Positions 41,033 through 49,867 of a DNA stretch of 64,000 bases are shown here, piece by piece; position 1 is the first letter of the stretch, and each line of letters begins with the position of its first letter. The notes below the pieces were generated by a model. It searched no databases, was not told the DNA's origin, and saw only the letters and a list, made by a program, of their open reading frames with translations. This DNA comes from a virus (lineage: Duplodnaviria > Heunggongvirae > Uroviricota > Caudoviricetes). The position numbers and the translations under genes were made by a program. Location: the IMG/VR virus record IMGVR_UViG_3300042349_000626. One strand, given 5' to 3'.

Positions 41033-42142
41033 ATGTCATTATTAAATGTAGGCACTTTATCTACCGATAGCGGTGTTAAATTACCAGCTTTCAGTTCCAC
41101 AAATAGACCAGCAGGACCAAATACGGGAATGTTGATTTACAATACCACCAGCAAATCAGTTGAGTATTGGAGTGGTACATCTTGGTCTAATTTTACTGGC
41201 ATATCTACCGTATCTGCTACTGGAGGAACTGTAACTACAAGTGGAGTGTTTAGAATACACACGTTTACTGGCGACGGAACTTTTACAGTTTCTTCAGCAA
41301 GTGCCGGAGCAACTATAGAAATTTTGATGGTTGCTGGTGGAGCAGGCGGTGGGTCCGACATGGGAGGCGGAGGTGGTGCTGGTGGTTTAATTTACAATCC
41401 AGCATATCCAATAACGGCAGGAACTTATGGAGTGACTATTGGTGGTGGTGGTCCTGGTTATCCTGATTACGGCAGTTCCCCTAGAGCTGGTGGACAGGGT
41501 GGAAATACCGTTTTTGGTTCATTAATTGCTTATGGTGGTGGTGGTGGAAGTAGTGGACATTATTATGATCCAGGAGAATGGCCAGGAATTGCTGGACCAC
41601 AAGCACAAAATGGAGGGTCTGGTGGAGGAGGAAGTGCTGCGTATCGTAGTTTTAGACCAGATTATGGCGGAGGAAGACCTCCAGGAAGAGGATTATTTGG
41701 GCAAGGTACTGGTGGCGGGTTTGGTTCGTGGGTAGATAGTAATTATTATGCTGGTGGGGGCGGTGGTTCTGGTGGTAATGGTCAAGTAAATAAATTTAAT
41801 GGTTTAAGACCAGGAATAGGTGGTCCAGGAACTTTCCTAGGAATTACTGGAACTAATCTTTATTGGGCTGGTGGCGGTGGTGGCGGTGCTTATACTGGTG
41901 CTGGCGCTGGTCGAGGTGGATTAGGTGGTGGTGGCGGTGGCGGTAGATGGGATGGTGGCGGCGGTGGCGCCGCTGCTGGCGGCACTGGAGGATTAAACGT
42001 TGGAGGAAACGGCGGAGCATCTCCAGCTTCTGGAGGCGGAGCAGGAGGAGCTAATACTGGTAGCGGTGGTGGTGGTGGCGCCCACCAAGGTCCAGGCGGT
42101 TCTGGTGGTTCTGGTATCGTTGTAGTTCGTTATCTAGCTTAA
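41033..42142 (+). CDS. glycine-rich adhesin-like protein 2
   Basis: Paralog with IHTFT, MVAGGAGGG, YWAGGGGGG and GGSGIVVVRY. Confidence 0.85.
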   Translation: MSLLNVGTLSTDSGVKLPAFSSTNRPAGPNTGMLIYNTTSKSVEYWSGTSWSNFTGISTVSATGGTVTTSGVFRIHTFTGDGTFTVSSASAGATIEILMVAGGAGGGSDMGGGGGAGGLIYNPAYPITAGTYGVTIGGGGPGYPDYGSSPRAGGQGGNTVFGSLIAYGGGGGSSGHYYDPGEWPGIAGPQAQNGGSGGGGSAAYRSFRPDYGGGRPPGRGLFGQGTGGGFGSWVDSNYYAGGGGGSGGNGQVNKFNGLRPGIGGPGTFLGITGTNLYWAGGGGGGAYTGAGAGRGGLGGGGGGGRWDGGGGGAAAGGTGGLNVGGNGGASPASGGGAGGANTGSGGGGGAHQGPGGSGGSGIVVVRYLA

Positions 42143-42177
42143 ATAATTAAAAAATATCTTCTCAAAAAATTATTACT

Positions 42178-43275
42178 ATGTCTAAATTAAATGTAGGAAA
42201 ACTGGTTCTCTCGGAAGGACTAATACTACCAACCGTAACTACTGGAACTAGACCAGTTTCTCCAGAAGTAAATTCAATTATTTTTAATACAACAATATCC
42301 AATTTTGAAAAGTGGAATGGAACCATATGGGAAGTTTCTGGAAGTACCGCTTTCACTGCTACTGGAGGAGAGATTTCATATTATGGAAATTATAAAATAC
42401 ACAGTTTCAAAACAGTTGGATCATTTACATTCAGTGTAACTTCGGGTATTGGTATCTTTGAGTATTTGATTGTTGCTGGTGGTGGGGGCGGTGGAATGGA
42501 TATGGGTGGCGGTGGCGGTGGCGGTGGTGTATTATTTGGTCGTGTCGCTGGTACTGCTGGAACATATCCTGTCGTTGTTGGACGAGGCGGATATGGTGCC
42601 CCTGCTGGTAGTGGAGGAATTAGAACTGATGGTGTTGGTCCTCAACCAGGAGGACATCAATTTACAGTACCAGCAACTAATGGAACAAATTCTTCAGTTT
42701 TTGGTCTTACTGCTATTGGTGGTGGAGCTGGAGGAAGTTCTTATTTTCAATATTCTCCAGGTGCTGCTGGTAGTGCTGGTGGATCTGGTGGTGGTGCTTC
42801 TGGGTATAGCGATGGAGGTACTAGACAAGGTGGAGCAGGAACTGTTGGACAGGGATACAATGGTGGTCAAGGTGGAGGACAATATTATTCCGGTGGTGGC
42901 GGCGGAGCTGGCGGTAAAGGATATGATTCAACATATCCACCAAATGGAGGAATAGGAAAAGAATGTGATATTTTAGGAACCAGTCTTTACTGGGGAGGAG
43001 GCGGCGGAGGCGCTGCTTATTCCGCATACAATGGCGGTAGTGGCGGTAACGGTGGTGGCGGCGGAGGAGCCGTTGGTTTTACTGTAGGAGGTGATGGATT
43101 AAATCCTGGATCTCCAGGAGGCGGTGGTGGTATCAACACATGGGCGCAAACTCCTGGTGGCAATGGCGGCGCTAATACTGGCGGCGGCGGTGGTGGCGGA
43201 TCTCACTACAATGCCAACAACAAAGGTGGTGAAGGCGGTTCAGGTATTGTTGTGATCAGATATCTCTATAAATAA
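42178..43275 (+). CDS. glycine-rich adhesin-like protein 3
   Basis: Paralog with IHSF, LIVAGGGGGG, YWGGGGGG and GGSGIVVIRY. Confidence 0.85.
   Translation: MSKLNVGKLVLSEGLILPTVTTGTRPVSPEVNSIIFNTTISNFEKWNGTIWEVSGSTAFTATGGEISYYGNYKIHSFKTVGSFTFSVTSGIGIFEYLIVAGGGGGGMDMGGGGGGGGVLFGRVAGTAGTYPVVVGRGGYGAPAGSGGIRTDGVGPQPGGHQFTVPATNGTNSSVFGLTAIGGGAGGSSYFQYSPGAAGSAGGSGGGASGYSDGGTRQGGAGTVGQGYNGGQGGGQYYSGGGGGAGGKGYDSTYPPNGGIGKECDILGTSLYWGGGGGGAAYSAYNGGSGGNGGGGGGAVGFTVGGDGLNPGSPGGGGGINTWAQTPGGNGGANTGGGGGGGSHYNANNKGGEGGSGIVVIRYLYK
43267..43274 (+). promoter_or_regulatory. late promoter
   Basis: TATAAATA overlapping the end of Gly-rich gene 3. Confidence 0.65.
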
Positions 43276-43287
43276 AAATAAAAAATT

Positions 43288-43728
43288 ATGGCACACTTCG
43301 CTAAATTAGATTCTAATAATAAAGTTATTCATATCTCTGTTGTAGATAACGAAAATTTATTGGATGAGAATGGAATTGAATCCGAGCATGTTGGTATTCA
43401 ATATTTGGCAAATATTCACGGATATTCAAATTGGAAGCAAACATCATATAATGGAAATTTTCGTGGAAATTATGCTGGCATTGGTGATTATTACAATCCA
43501 GAATTAGATATTTTTATTCAGGAAAAACCATTTCCATCATGGGTTCTTAATAAGGACTTGGCAAGATGGGAACCACCCATTCCAAAACCAGAAGGAGAAA
43601 CTCCATATATTTGGTCAGAAGAAACTCAATCATGGATTGAAGATAAGTTTGAGCAGATGATTATGGAAGAAATAAAAACCATTGAAGAAAATAAACCAAA
43701 TCCAGAAGATTTAATTCAAAATAATTAA
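43288..43728 (+). CDS. conserved phage protein (MAHFA...WKQTSYN...YAGIG...PFPSW family), possible fibre accessory protein
   Basis: Recognisable motif set. Lies directly after the Gly-rich genes. Confidence 0.75.
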   Translation: MAHFAKLDSNNKVIHISVVDNENLLDENGIESEHVGIQYLANIHGYSNWKQTSYNGNFRGNYAGIGDYYNPELDIFIQEKPFPSWVLNKDLARWEPPIPKPEGETPYIWSEETQSWIEDKFEQMIMEEIKTIEENKPNPEDLIQNN

Positions 43729-44324
43729 AGTTTATTAATATTGAAGGATATAACTATTTTTTGTCCATCATTAATTTGTTTTGGTGTTCCGTGAAGTAGG
43801 TTACTTCTAAACAACATTAATCTACCAGGAATACAAGGATAGTTACATGTGGTCATTGAAAGGTTTGTTATGGTAGTTGGTGGCTCATATGATGATGTCA
43901 TATCATCGTAAAATATAATATTATTTTCTTCAACAGATTCAACATAATATGCTCCAGCCAATATTGATCCTGGATGTGTATGAGGAAATAGGAAATCATT
44001 TTTGTTGCTGATGTTATACCACATATTCACAACAACACATTTTGAAATATATTCGGAATTATATCCCATATATTCTAAAAATAATCTAGCATGATATTCT
44101 ATAGTATTTTTCAAATCACAAAATACTTCTGTTTTATGTAATACATTATTAACTAAATGAGTAGAATCTACATTTAAAGTTTGACTTCGTTTAGTTTGAA
44201 TATCATTATTTTTTATTTTTGTTTTTAAATCATCTAAAAGATTTACACAAACATTATCCACAATGTAGATACATTTTGGGAACCACGTTTCAATCCTAGG
44301 AATTTGTGGTAGATTATCTTTCAT
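43725..44324 (-). CDS. putative 2OG-Fe(II) oxygenase, TIGR02466-like
   Basis: WFP near the N-terminus, W.N, HTHPGS...GAYY, G.L.LF.S.LLH and ISFN. Confidence 0.85.
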   Translation of the reverse strand: MKDNLPQIPRIETWFPKCIYIVDNVCVNLLDDLKTKIKNNDIQTKRSQTLNVDSTHLVNNVLHKTEVFCDLKNTIEYHARLFLEYMGYNSEYISKCVVVNMWYNISNKNDFLFPHTHPGSILAGAYYVESVEENNIIFYDDMTSSYEPPTTITNLSMTTCNYPCIPGRLMLFRSNLLHGTPKQINDGQKIVISFNINKL

Positions 44325-44334
44325 CTGTTTTCTA

Positions 44335-44363
44335 TTGACAATAATTTAATTATAGCATATAAT
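44335..44363 (+). promoter_or_regulatory. consensus sigma70 promoter
   Basis: TTGACA (44335-44340), N17, TATAAT (44358-44363). Confidence 0.85.
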
Positions 44364-44377
44364 CAAAGCAGGAACAA
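44349..44377 (-). promoter_or_regulatory. overlapping divergent sigma70 promoter with extended -10
   Basis: Minus strand reads TTGTTC-N17-TATAAT with TG-n immediately before the -10. Confidence 0.65.
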
Positions 44378-44391
44378 CTACTTTATTTTGA

Positions 44392-45009
44392 ATGAAGCAT
44401 AATATTATTCCACTATTTCCATCTGTAGTTTTCCAGTCTAAATTGGAAAATAACTATGAAACATTATTTGAAAATTTAAAATTAACTACAGAATTTGAAG
44501 AGCACGTTACTAGTAAAAATTGTTATAGTAGTAAAAAATTTAATGTTCTAAATGATCACATAGAATTAAAGTCTGATATTTTAAATGTTTTTAATTTTTT
44601 TAAAAACGAAATATTAAATTATCATTCAACTTCTTTTGAAATAACAACTAGTTGGATAACTAAAGTAGGATCAAATTCCATTTCTCATTTTCATAATCAC
44701 AAAAATTGTTTGTATAGTGGGGTATTATATTTTGATGATCTCGAAAATTGTGCTCCTATAGAATTTTCTGATGATAATTTAAAACCACAATCTTTTATGG
44801 TTAATAAACCATCAAATTTTAATAATTATAATTGTAGCACTTGGAGTATTTACCCAGCAAAAAATAATATTTTATTCTTTCCAAGTTATTTAAATCATAG
44901 AGTTGGATTACATAAATCAAATACCCCAAGATATTCACTAGCATTTAATTTAATTCCTAATGGCATATTCGGTTATTGCGATTCTTCTTTAAATATCCAT
45001 ATCAATTAA
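44392..45009 (+). CDS. putative 2OG-Fe(II) oxygenase, TIGR02466-like
   Basis: LFP, SW, HNH.N..YSGVLY, FFPSYLNH.V and RYSLAFN motifs. Confidence 0.88.
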   Translation: MKHNIIPLFPSVVFQSKLENNYETLFENLKLTTEFEEHVTSKNCYSSKKFNVLNDHIELKSDILNVFNFFKNEILNYHSTSFEITTSWITKVGSNSISHFHNHKNCLYSGVLYFDDLENCAPIEFSDDNLKPQSFMVNKPSNFNNYNCSTWSIYPAKNNILFFPSYLNHRVGLHKSNTPRYSLAFNLIPNGIFGYCDSSLNIHIN

Positions 45010-45048
45010 TTAAATAAATAAAAAAGTCACATCATTTTATATAAACAC

Positions 45049-45231
45049 ATGGACACTGAACAACTCAAAAAGAACTTTGAAGAGCAACTTGCTACTGCCG
45101 AAAAGCAGATTATTGATCTTGAAGCAAATCTCGAAAAAGCAAAAGAGTATCGCCTTAAACTTCAAGGTGGTCTCGAAACCTTAGCTCTTCTCAATCCCCC
45201 AGAAGAAGCAGAAGAAGCTTCAGAAGAATAA
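45049..45231 (+). CDS. small coiled-coil protein
   Basis: 60-aa acidic heptad-pattern ORF after ATAAATA (about 45014-45020). Confidence 0.75.
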   Translation: MDTEQLKKNFEEQLATAEKQIIDLEANLEKAKEYRLKLQGGLETLALLNPPEEAEEASEE

Positions 45232-45235
45232 CCTT

Positions 45236-45271
45236 AAGTCCCTTCTTGATAAATACAAGAAGGGATTTTTT
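45236..45271 (+). terminator. terminator hairpin whose loop is a late promoter motif
   Basis: TCCCTTCTTG-ATAAATA-CAAGAAGGGA followed by TTTTTT. Confidence 0.8.
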
Positions 45272-45283
45272 GTATCTATCTAA

Positions 45284-46114
45284 ATGGCACAGCCATCATC
45301 AAGACAGCAACTTATTGATTATTGTAAAAGACAGCTGGGTGCTCCAGTGTTACAGATCAATATTGCCGATACTCAGGTTGATGATATCATCGATACAGCT
45401 ATACAGTATTATCAAGAATACCATTACGATGGTATTGAGAAGATGTATCTAAAGCATGAATTTACTGCTGAAGATGTAGTAAGATTTAATGAGACCGACG
45501 AAATTACTTCTACAGATGATCCAGATGGATCTGTGTGGGAAAATAGAAAAAACTTTATAGAAGTTCCTGATCACGTAATTGGTATAGAAAGAGTATTTGG
45601 AGTTACTTCTAATCTTTCTTCCAATGAAATGTGGGGATTAAGTAACCAGTATTTCCTACTTGATATCTTTTCTTTCTCATCTGGTTATACTTTTGGTAAC
45701 TTTGACATGTCATACTACTATATGATCAAGCAGTATTTTGAAACTCTTGACATGGTGGTTAACGTTGGTGGATTAGTACAATACCGTTTCAACAAACGCC
45801 AAGATAGATTATATCTTGATATTGATAAACAAAGAATTATAGAAGGTAGATATTTAGTTATTGAATGTTATCGAGCGTTAGACCCTCAAGCATGGAATCA
45901 AATTTGGAATGATAGCTTTGTGAAGCGTTATGCCACTGCTTTGATGAAGCGCCAGTGGGGTCAAAACCTGATTAAGTATAACAACGTCCAATTGCCTGGT
46001 GGCATTACATTAAACGGTCGTCAGATCTGGGAGGATGGCGATGCCGAAGTTAAAGATTTAGAAGCAAGAATGCTCACAGATTACTCCCTACCACCAATGG
46101 ATATGATCGGATAA
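45284..46114 (+). CDS. gp13: neck protein gp13
   Basis: YCKRQLGAPV..IN, YHYDG and KRQWGQNLIKY...LPGG.TLNG motifs. Confidence 0.95.
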   Translation: MAQPSSRQQLIDYCKRQLGAPVLQINIADTQVDDIIDTAIQYYQEYHYDGIEKMYLKHEFTAEDVVRFNETDEITSTDDPDGSVWENRKNFIEVPDHVIGIERVFGVTSNLSSNEMWGLSNQYFLLDIFSFSSGYTFGNFDMSYYYMIKQYFETLDMVVNVGGLVQYRFNKRQDRLYLDIDKQRIIEGRYLVIECYRALDPQAWNQIWNDSFVKRYATALMKRQWGQNLIKYNNVQLPGGITLNGRQIWEDGDAEVKDLEARMLTDYSLPPMDMIG

Positions 46115-46115
46115 G

Positions 46116-46988
46116 ATGCCTACTAGTCCTTATTTTCCAAGCTACTACGATGGTTACCAAGGTGAACAAGACCTAGTTCAGGATCTTGTTGACGAGCAGA
46201 TTAAGCTGTTCGGTTCGGATATCTATTATCTACCAAGAACTCTTCTTAAAGAAAACACTTTAGATGATTTAATTTACTCTAAATTTGAAGAGCAATTTCA
46301 AATTGAAATGCTTTTACAGAATGTAGGTGGTTTTGGTGAGTCTGAATTTATTAGTAAATTTGGTCTTAAAATAACACAAGAAATTAGATTTAATGTTTCT
46401 TCTCGAAGATGGGTACAAGAGGGTACTGCTTTTGGTTTGGACAAAAGACCATTAGAAGGTGATCTTTTATTCTTCCCACTAACCAAAGACTTGTATGAAA
46501 TTAAATTTGTTCAAGTAGAAGAAGTATTTTTCCAATTTGGTCAATTGCCATTCTATTCTATTACTGCCGAAATTTATGAAATGGGCAACGAATCCATTAA
46601 TACTGGAGTTGCCGATATAGATCTGATTGAAAGCATTCTATCTCCAGCTATAGACATTGTTATGCTAGAAGATAGTGGTACGGAAGATTATATCGTTGGT
46701 GAAATTGTAACTGGATCTGTATCAGACGTTACGGCAAAAGTTTCGAAATGGGATCCAGAAACAAGAATACTTACTGTTATCACCAGAACAGGAACATTTG
46801 TCGAAGAAGAAAATATTGTTGGAGAAGATAGTGAAGCTTCGTGGACAGTTGAATCTTTCTCTACATTAGAAGATCCAAATAACAATTACGAAGAAAATAA
46901 ATACATTGAAGACACTGCCGATAATCTTTTAGATTTTTCTGAGGGTAATCCTTTCGGTGAGTATGGTAATTTTATGGATAGCTTCTAA
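46116..46988 (+). CDS. gp14: neck protein gp14
   Basis: EQIKLFG.D.YYLPR, SKFGL, RP.EGDL..FP and DFSE.NPFG motifs. Confidence 0.95.
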   Translation: MPTSPYFPSYYDGYQGEQDLVQDLVDEQIKLFGSDIYYLPRTLLKENTLDDLIYSKFEEQFQIEMLLQNVGGFGESEFISKFGLKITQEIRFNVSSRRWVQEGTAFGLDKRPLEGDLLFFPLTKDLYEIKFVQVEEVFFQFGQLPFYSITAEIYEMGNESINTGVADIDLIESILSPAIDIVMLEDSGTEDYIVGEIVTGSVSDVTAKVSKWDPETRILTVITRTGTFVEEENIVGEDSEASWTVESFSTLEDPNNNYEENKYIEDTADNLLDFSEGNPFGEYGNFMDSF

Positions 46989-47800
46989 TGTTAGGTACAC
47001 ATTTTTATAACGAGGCAATTAAAAAAACAGTTGTCGGATTCGGAACTCTTTTTAATAATTTAGAAGTTCAACGTAAAGATCCCCAGACGGGGGAGATGCT
47101 AGAAGTTCAAAAAGTTCCTATTGGATATGGTCCAAAGGATAAATTTGTTCGTAGAATTGAGGAGAACATTGATCCTACTCCAGGTGCTCCTTACGAGTAC
47201 ATGAGAATCCCTCGTATCTATTTTGAAATGACTGGCATTAATTACGATGGTGGTCGTAAAGTAAGTCCAGTTCAAAAATATCGTAGCATTATTGCTGATA
47301 ATGGTAACGAAGTAAAAGTACAGTATGTTCCAGTACCATACAACATTAGCTTTGAACTCGGTGTTTTGGTTAAGTCACAGGATGATGGACTACAGATTGT
47401 AGAACAAATTTTACCATACTTTCAACCAAATTTTAACGTCACCATCAATTTTATTCCTGAAATGGATGAAAAGAAAGACGTTGCCATTGTATTAAATAGT
47501 GTTGATCTTGATGATTCTTGGGATGATGATTTTAAAGGCAGAAGACAAATTATTTGGACTTTTCAGTTCACTGCTAAGTCATATATCTACGGTCCCTTCA
47601 ATCAAGCCGATATCATTCGTAAGGCAATTATTTACGAAACTGTTGGTGATTTAGATCAAAACAGGCGTAATGCTAGATTTACATACACACCAAAAGCACT
47701 TGAAGATAAAAATGATGACGGTGTTATCAATGCTTTAGATGATGCTTTATTGACAGCAGATGATGACTTTGGATTTAATGGAGAGATTGATCTACTATGA
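46988..47800 (+). CDS. gp15: tail sheath stabiliser/completion protein gp15
   Basis: FYN..I...V.GFGTLFN, VP..YGPK.KF, PVPYN and QIVEQILPYFQP motifs. Confidence 0.95.
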   Translation: MLGTHFYNEAIKKTVVGFGTLFNNLEVQRKDPQTGEMLEVQKVPIGYGPKDKFVRRIEENIDPTPGAPYEYMRIPRIYFEMTGINYDGGRKVSPVQKYRSIIADNGNEVKVQYVPVPYNISFELGVLVKSQDDGLQIVEQILPYFQPNFNVTINFIPEMDEKKDVAIVLNSVDLDDSWDDDFKGRRQIIWTFQFTAKSYIYGPFNQADIIRKAIIYETVGDLDQNRRNARFTYTPKALEDKNDDGVINALDDALLTADDDFGFNGEIDLL

Positions 47801-48216
47801 ATGATTTTGAAAAGAATATGGAACAAATATTTGACATTGAAGTTACATCAGAAGAAACAGAAATTATACAAGAAAAGCCAGCTGCCCCAGTTAAGAAAGA
47901 AGATCCAGAAAAAGATTACGAATATACCAGGGGTCAGCTCTACGACCTCATAGAGAAGGGCCAGGAGGCCGTACAAGGCGCCTTAGAGGTCGCTCAGGAG
48001 TCTGGGCACCCCCGAGCATTTGAAGTCGCTGTGAACGCTATGAAGCAGGTCTCAGACATGACCGATAAATTAATTGATCTTCAGAAGAAGATGAAGGATC
48101 TTGATGCTCCCGTCAAAGGCAAAGGACCTACCACAGTTAACAATACAATGTTTGTCGGCAGCACTGCCGATCTTCAAAAAATGATCAAAGAGATGGGAAA
48201 AATTGGAGAGGAATAA
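47797..48216 (+). CDS. gp16: terminase small subunit gp16
   Basis: DYEYTR..LY.LIEKG, HPRAFEV and FVGSTADLQK motifs. Confidence 0.93.
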   Translation: MNDFEKNMEQIFDIEVTSEETEIIQEKPAAPVKKEDPEKDYEYTRGQLYDLIEKGQEAVQGALEVAQESGHPRAFEVAVNAMKQVSDMTDKLIDLQKKMKDLDAPVKGKGPTTVNNTMFVGSTADLQKMIKEMGKIGEE

Positions 48217-48239
48217 ATATAAAATAAACCACAAATAAA

Positions 48240-48503
48240 ATGCAAGTTCTTAAATTATTAAATCAAGAGACTAGTTTGACTGCTTCAAGTAGTGTTGGTA
48301 GTGCTACTCTGGTTAGAGTATTCAATAATCAGAATGCTATGTCAGCATTGTTAGTAAAAGATTCTACTGATACCGATATTCTTGGTTCTTTTACCATGAA
48401 AGAATATGAGGTTGTATATATTCAAAAAACTGGTGATCAACTGCTAGCCTCATCAGCGGGTGGTTCTAATGTCAAAGTAACTAAAATCGCCTTTGCAAAC
48501 TGA
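48240..48503 (+). CDS. hypothetical protein
   Basis: 87-aa ORF after ATAAATA (48213-48219). Confidence 0.75.
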   Translation: MQVLKLLNQETSLTASSSVGSATLVRVFNNQNAMSALLVKDSTDTDILGSFTMKEYEVVYIQKTGDQLLASSAGGSNVKVTKIAFAN

Positions 48504-49867
48504 TGGCACAGTATAGTAAACATTACGAAGATTTCCTACCACAGGAAAAAACAAACTTTGAAGTAGTTATGATTGCCGATAACTTCGGTAATCTTACTGC
48601 TGGAACTGGTGCGACTGCGGTTGATGCCTTTGGTCGTTTGAGAGTTGCTGAGACATTCACTCTTGGTGACTATAAGCACCTTTATGCTATTGACCCTAAC
48701 TTCAACGATAAAAAATTGAATGGCGGAAACATTCAATATAACGTGAATAAAGCATGTGCTACGATGACAACAACATCTAATGTTGCTTCTAGTGCTTCTC
48801 ACCAAACAAAGTTCTATCATCATTACCAGCCAGGTAAATCTCAAGTTATCTTTAGTTCGGTATGTTTTGGTTACGCCCAACAGAATGTAACCAAAAGAAC
48901 TGGATACTTTGATGATAGAGATGGCATTTACTTTGAGCAAGTTGGTAATGGAACTTCTGACGGCACAACCAACGGCACACTCAATTTTGTAGTTCGTTCA
49001 TATGCTGGTGGTAGTGCTAGCGAAGAGACAGTAGGAGATTACAAGAGAAGAGTTCCTCAATCAGAATGGAGTATTGATCCTTGTGATGGAACTGGTCCTT
49101 CCAAGTTTAATATCAACACATCAAAAACTCAACTGGTTTATATTGACTTTCAGTGGCTTGGTGTTGGTAGAATTCGTTGTGGATTTGTTCACAATGGACA
49201 GATCATTTTAGCACACGAATATTACTGCTCGAATGTGCTATCAGAAGTTTATATGTCTAATCCAAACCTCCCAGTAAGATGTGAGATCCTAAACACAGGC
49301 ACAACTTCTGGTGGTTCCATGGATCAGATTTGTTCCACCGTAATGTCAGAAGGTGGATACACAGAAAGTGGTATTGATTTCATGCAGTTAATGACTACTG
49401 CCAGAACAGTGGGAGCTGGTGCTTCGCTACCAGTATTAGCAATTCGTCTCAAAAATACTTTCAATAATTACCCAAATAGAATTTCGGTAAAACTAAACAA
49501 TATTGCTTTGTATCCACTTGGCGAATCCATGGCATTTAGGATTGTCAAGCTTCCAAGTGAAGCAAGTTTAGCAGGCACACTTTCTTGGACGGATGTAGAT
49601 GCTGATAGTGGTGTTCAGTATTCTGTAGGAGCTACTGGATATACTGTTGCTGATGGAGATACTTTGTTTGGTGGTTATGTGACTGCTGGGGCATCACAGA
49701 ACTCTTTATCTGCTGCATCAACTGGTTCAATTTCTTCTGCCAAGAAAAATATTATCGTTCAAAATTTTGATTCAACATCATCAGAAGTCTATGCAATTAT
49801 AGTCACAAATTTAAATAACAACTCAGCAACAATCCGAGCTGGTCTTCAATGGAGGGAGATTTACTAA
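48503..49867 (+). CDS. conserved hypothetical, probable beta-rich structural protein
   Basis: DAFGRLRV, YQPGKS, QWLGVGR.R.GF and PNLPVR.E motifs. Translationally coupled at both ends. Confidence 0.75.
   Translation: MAQYSKHYEDFLPQEKTNFEVVMIADNFGNLTAGTGATAVDAFGRLRVAETFTLGDYKHLYAIDPNFNDKKLNGGNIQYNVNKACATMTTTSNVASSASHQTKFYHHYQPGKSQVIFSSVCFGYAQQNVTKRTGYFDDRDGIYFEQVGNGTSDGTTNGTLNFVVRSYAGGSASEETVGDYKRRVPQSEWSIDPCDGTGPSKFNINTSKTQLVYIDFQWLGVGRIRCGFVHNGQIILAHEYYCSNVLSEVYMSNPNLPVRCEILNTGTTSGGSMDQICSTVMSEGGYTESGIDFMQLMTTARTVGAGASLPVLAIRLKNTFNNYPNRISVKLNNIALYPLGESMAFRIVKLPSEASLAGTLSWTDVDADSGVQYSVGATGYTVADGDTLFGGYVTAGASQNSLSAASTGSISSAKKNIIVQNFDSTSSEVYAIIVTNLNNNSATIRAGLQWREIY

Noticed and set aside
40147-43027. 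Val-rich and His/Thr-rich alternative-frame ORFs
   Set aside because: They are artefacts of GGT/GGC glycine runs read in other frames.
39874-43275. Diversity-generating retroelement or invertible tail-fibre cassette
   Set aside because: There is no reverse transcriptase or recombinase, no near-identical TR/VR pair, and all paralogs are co-oriented.
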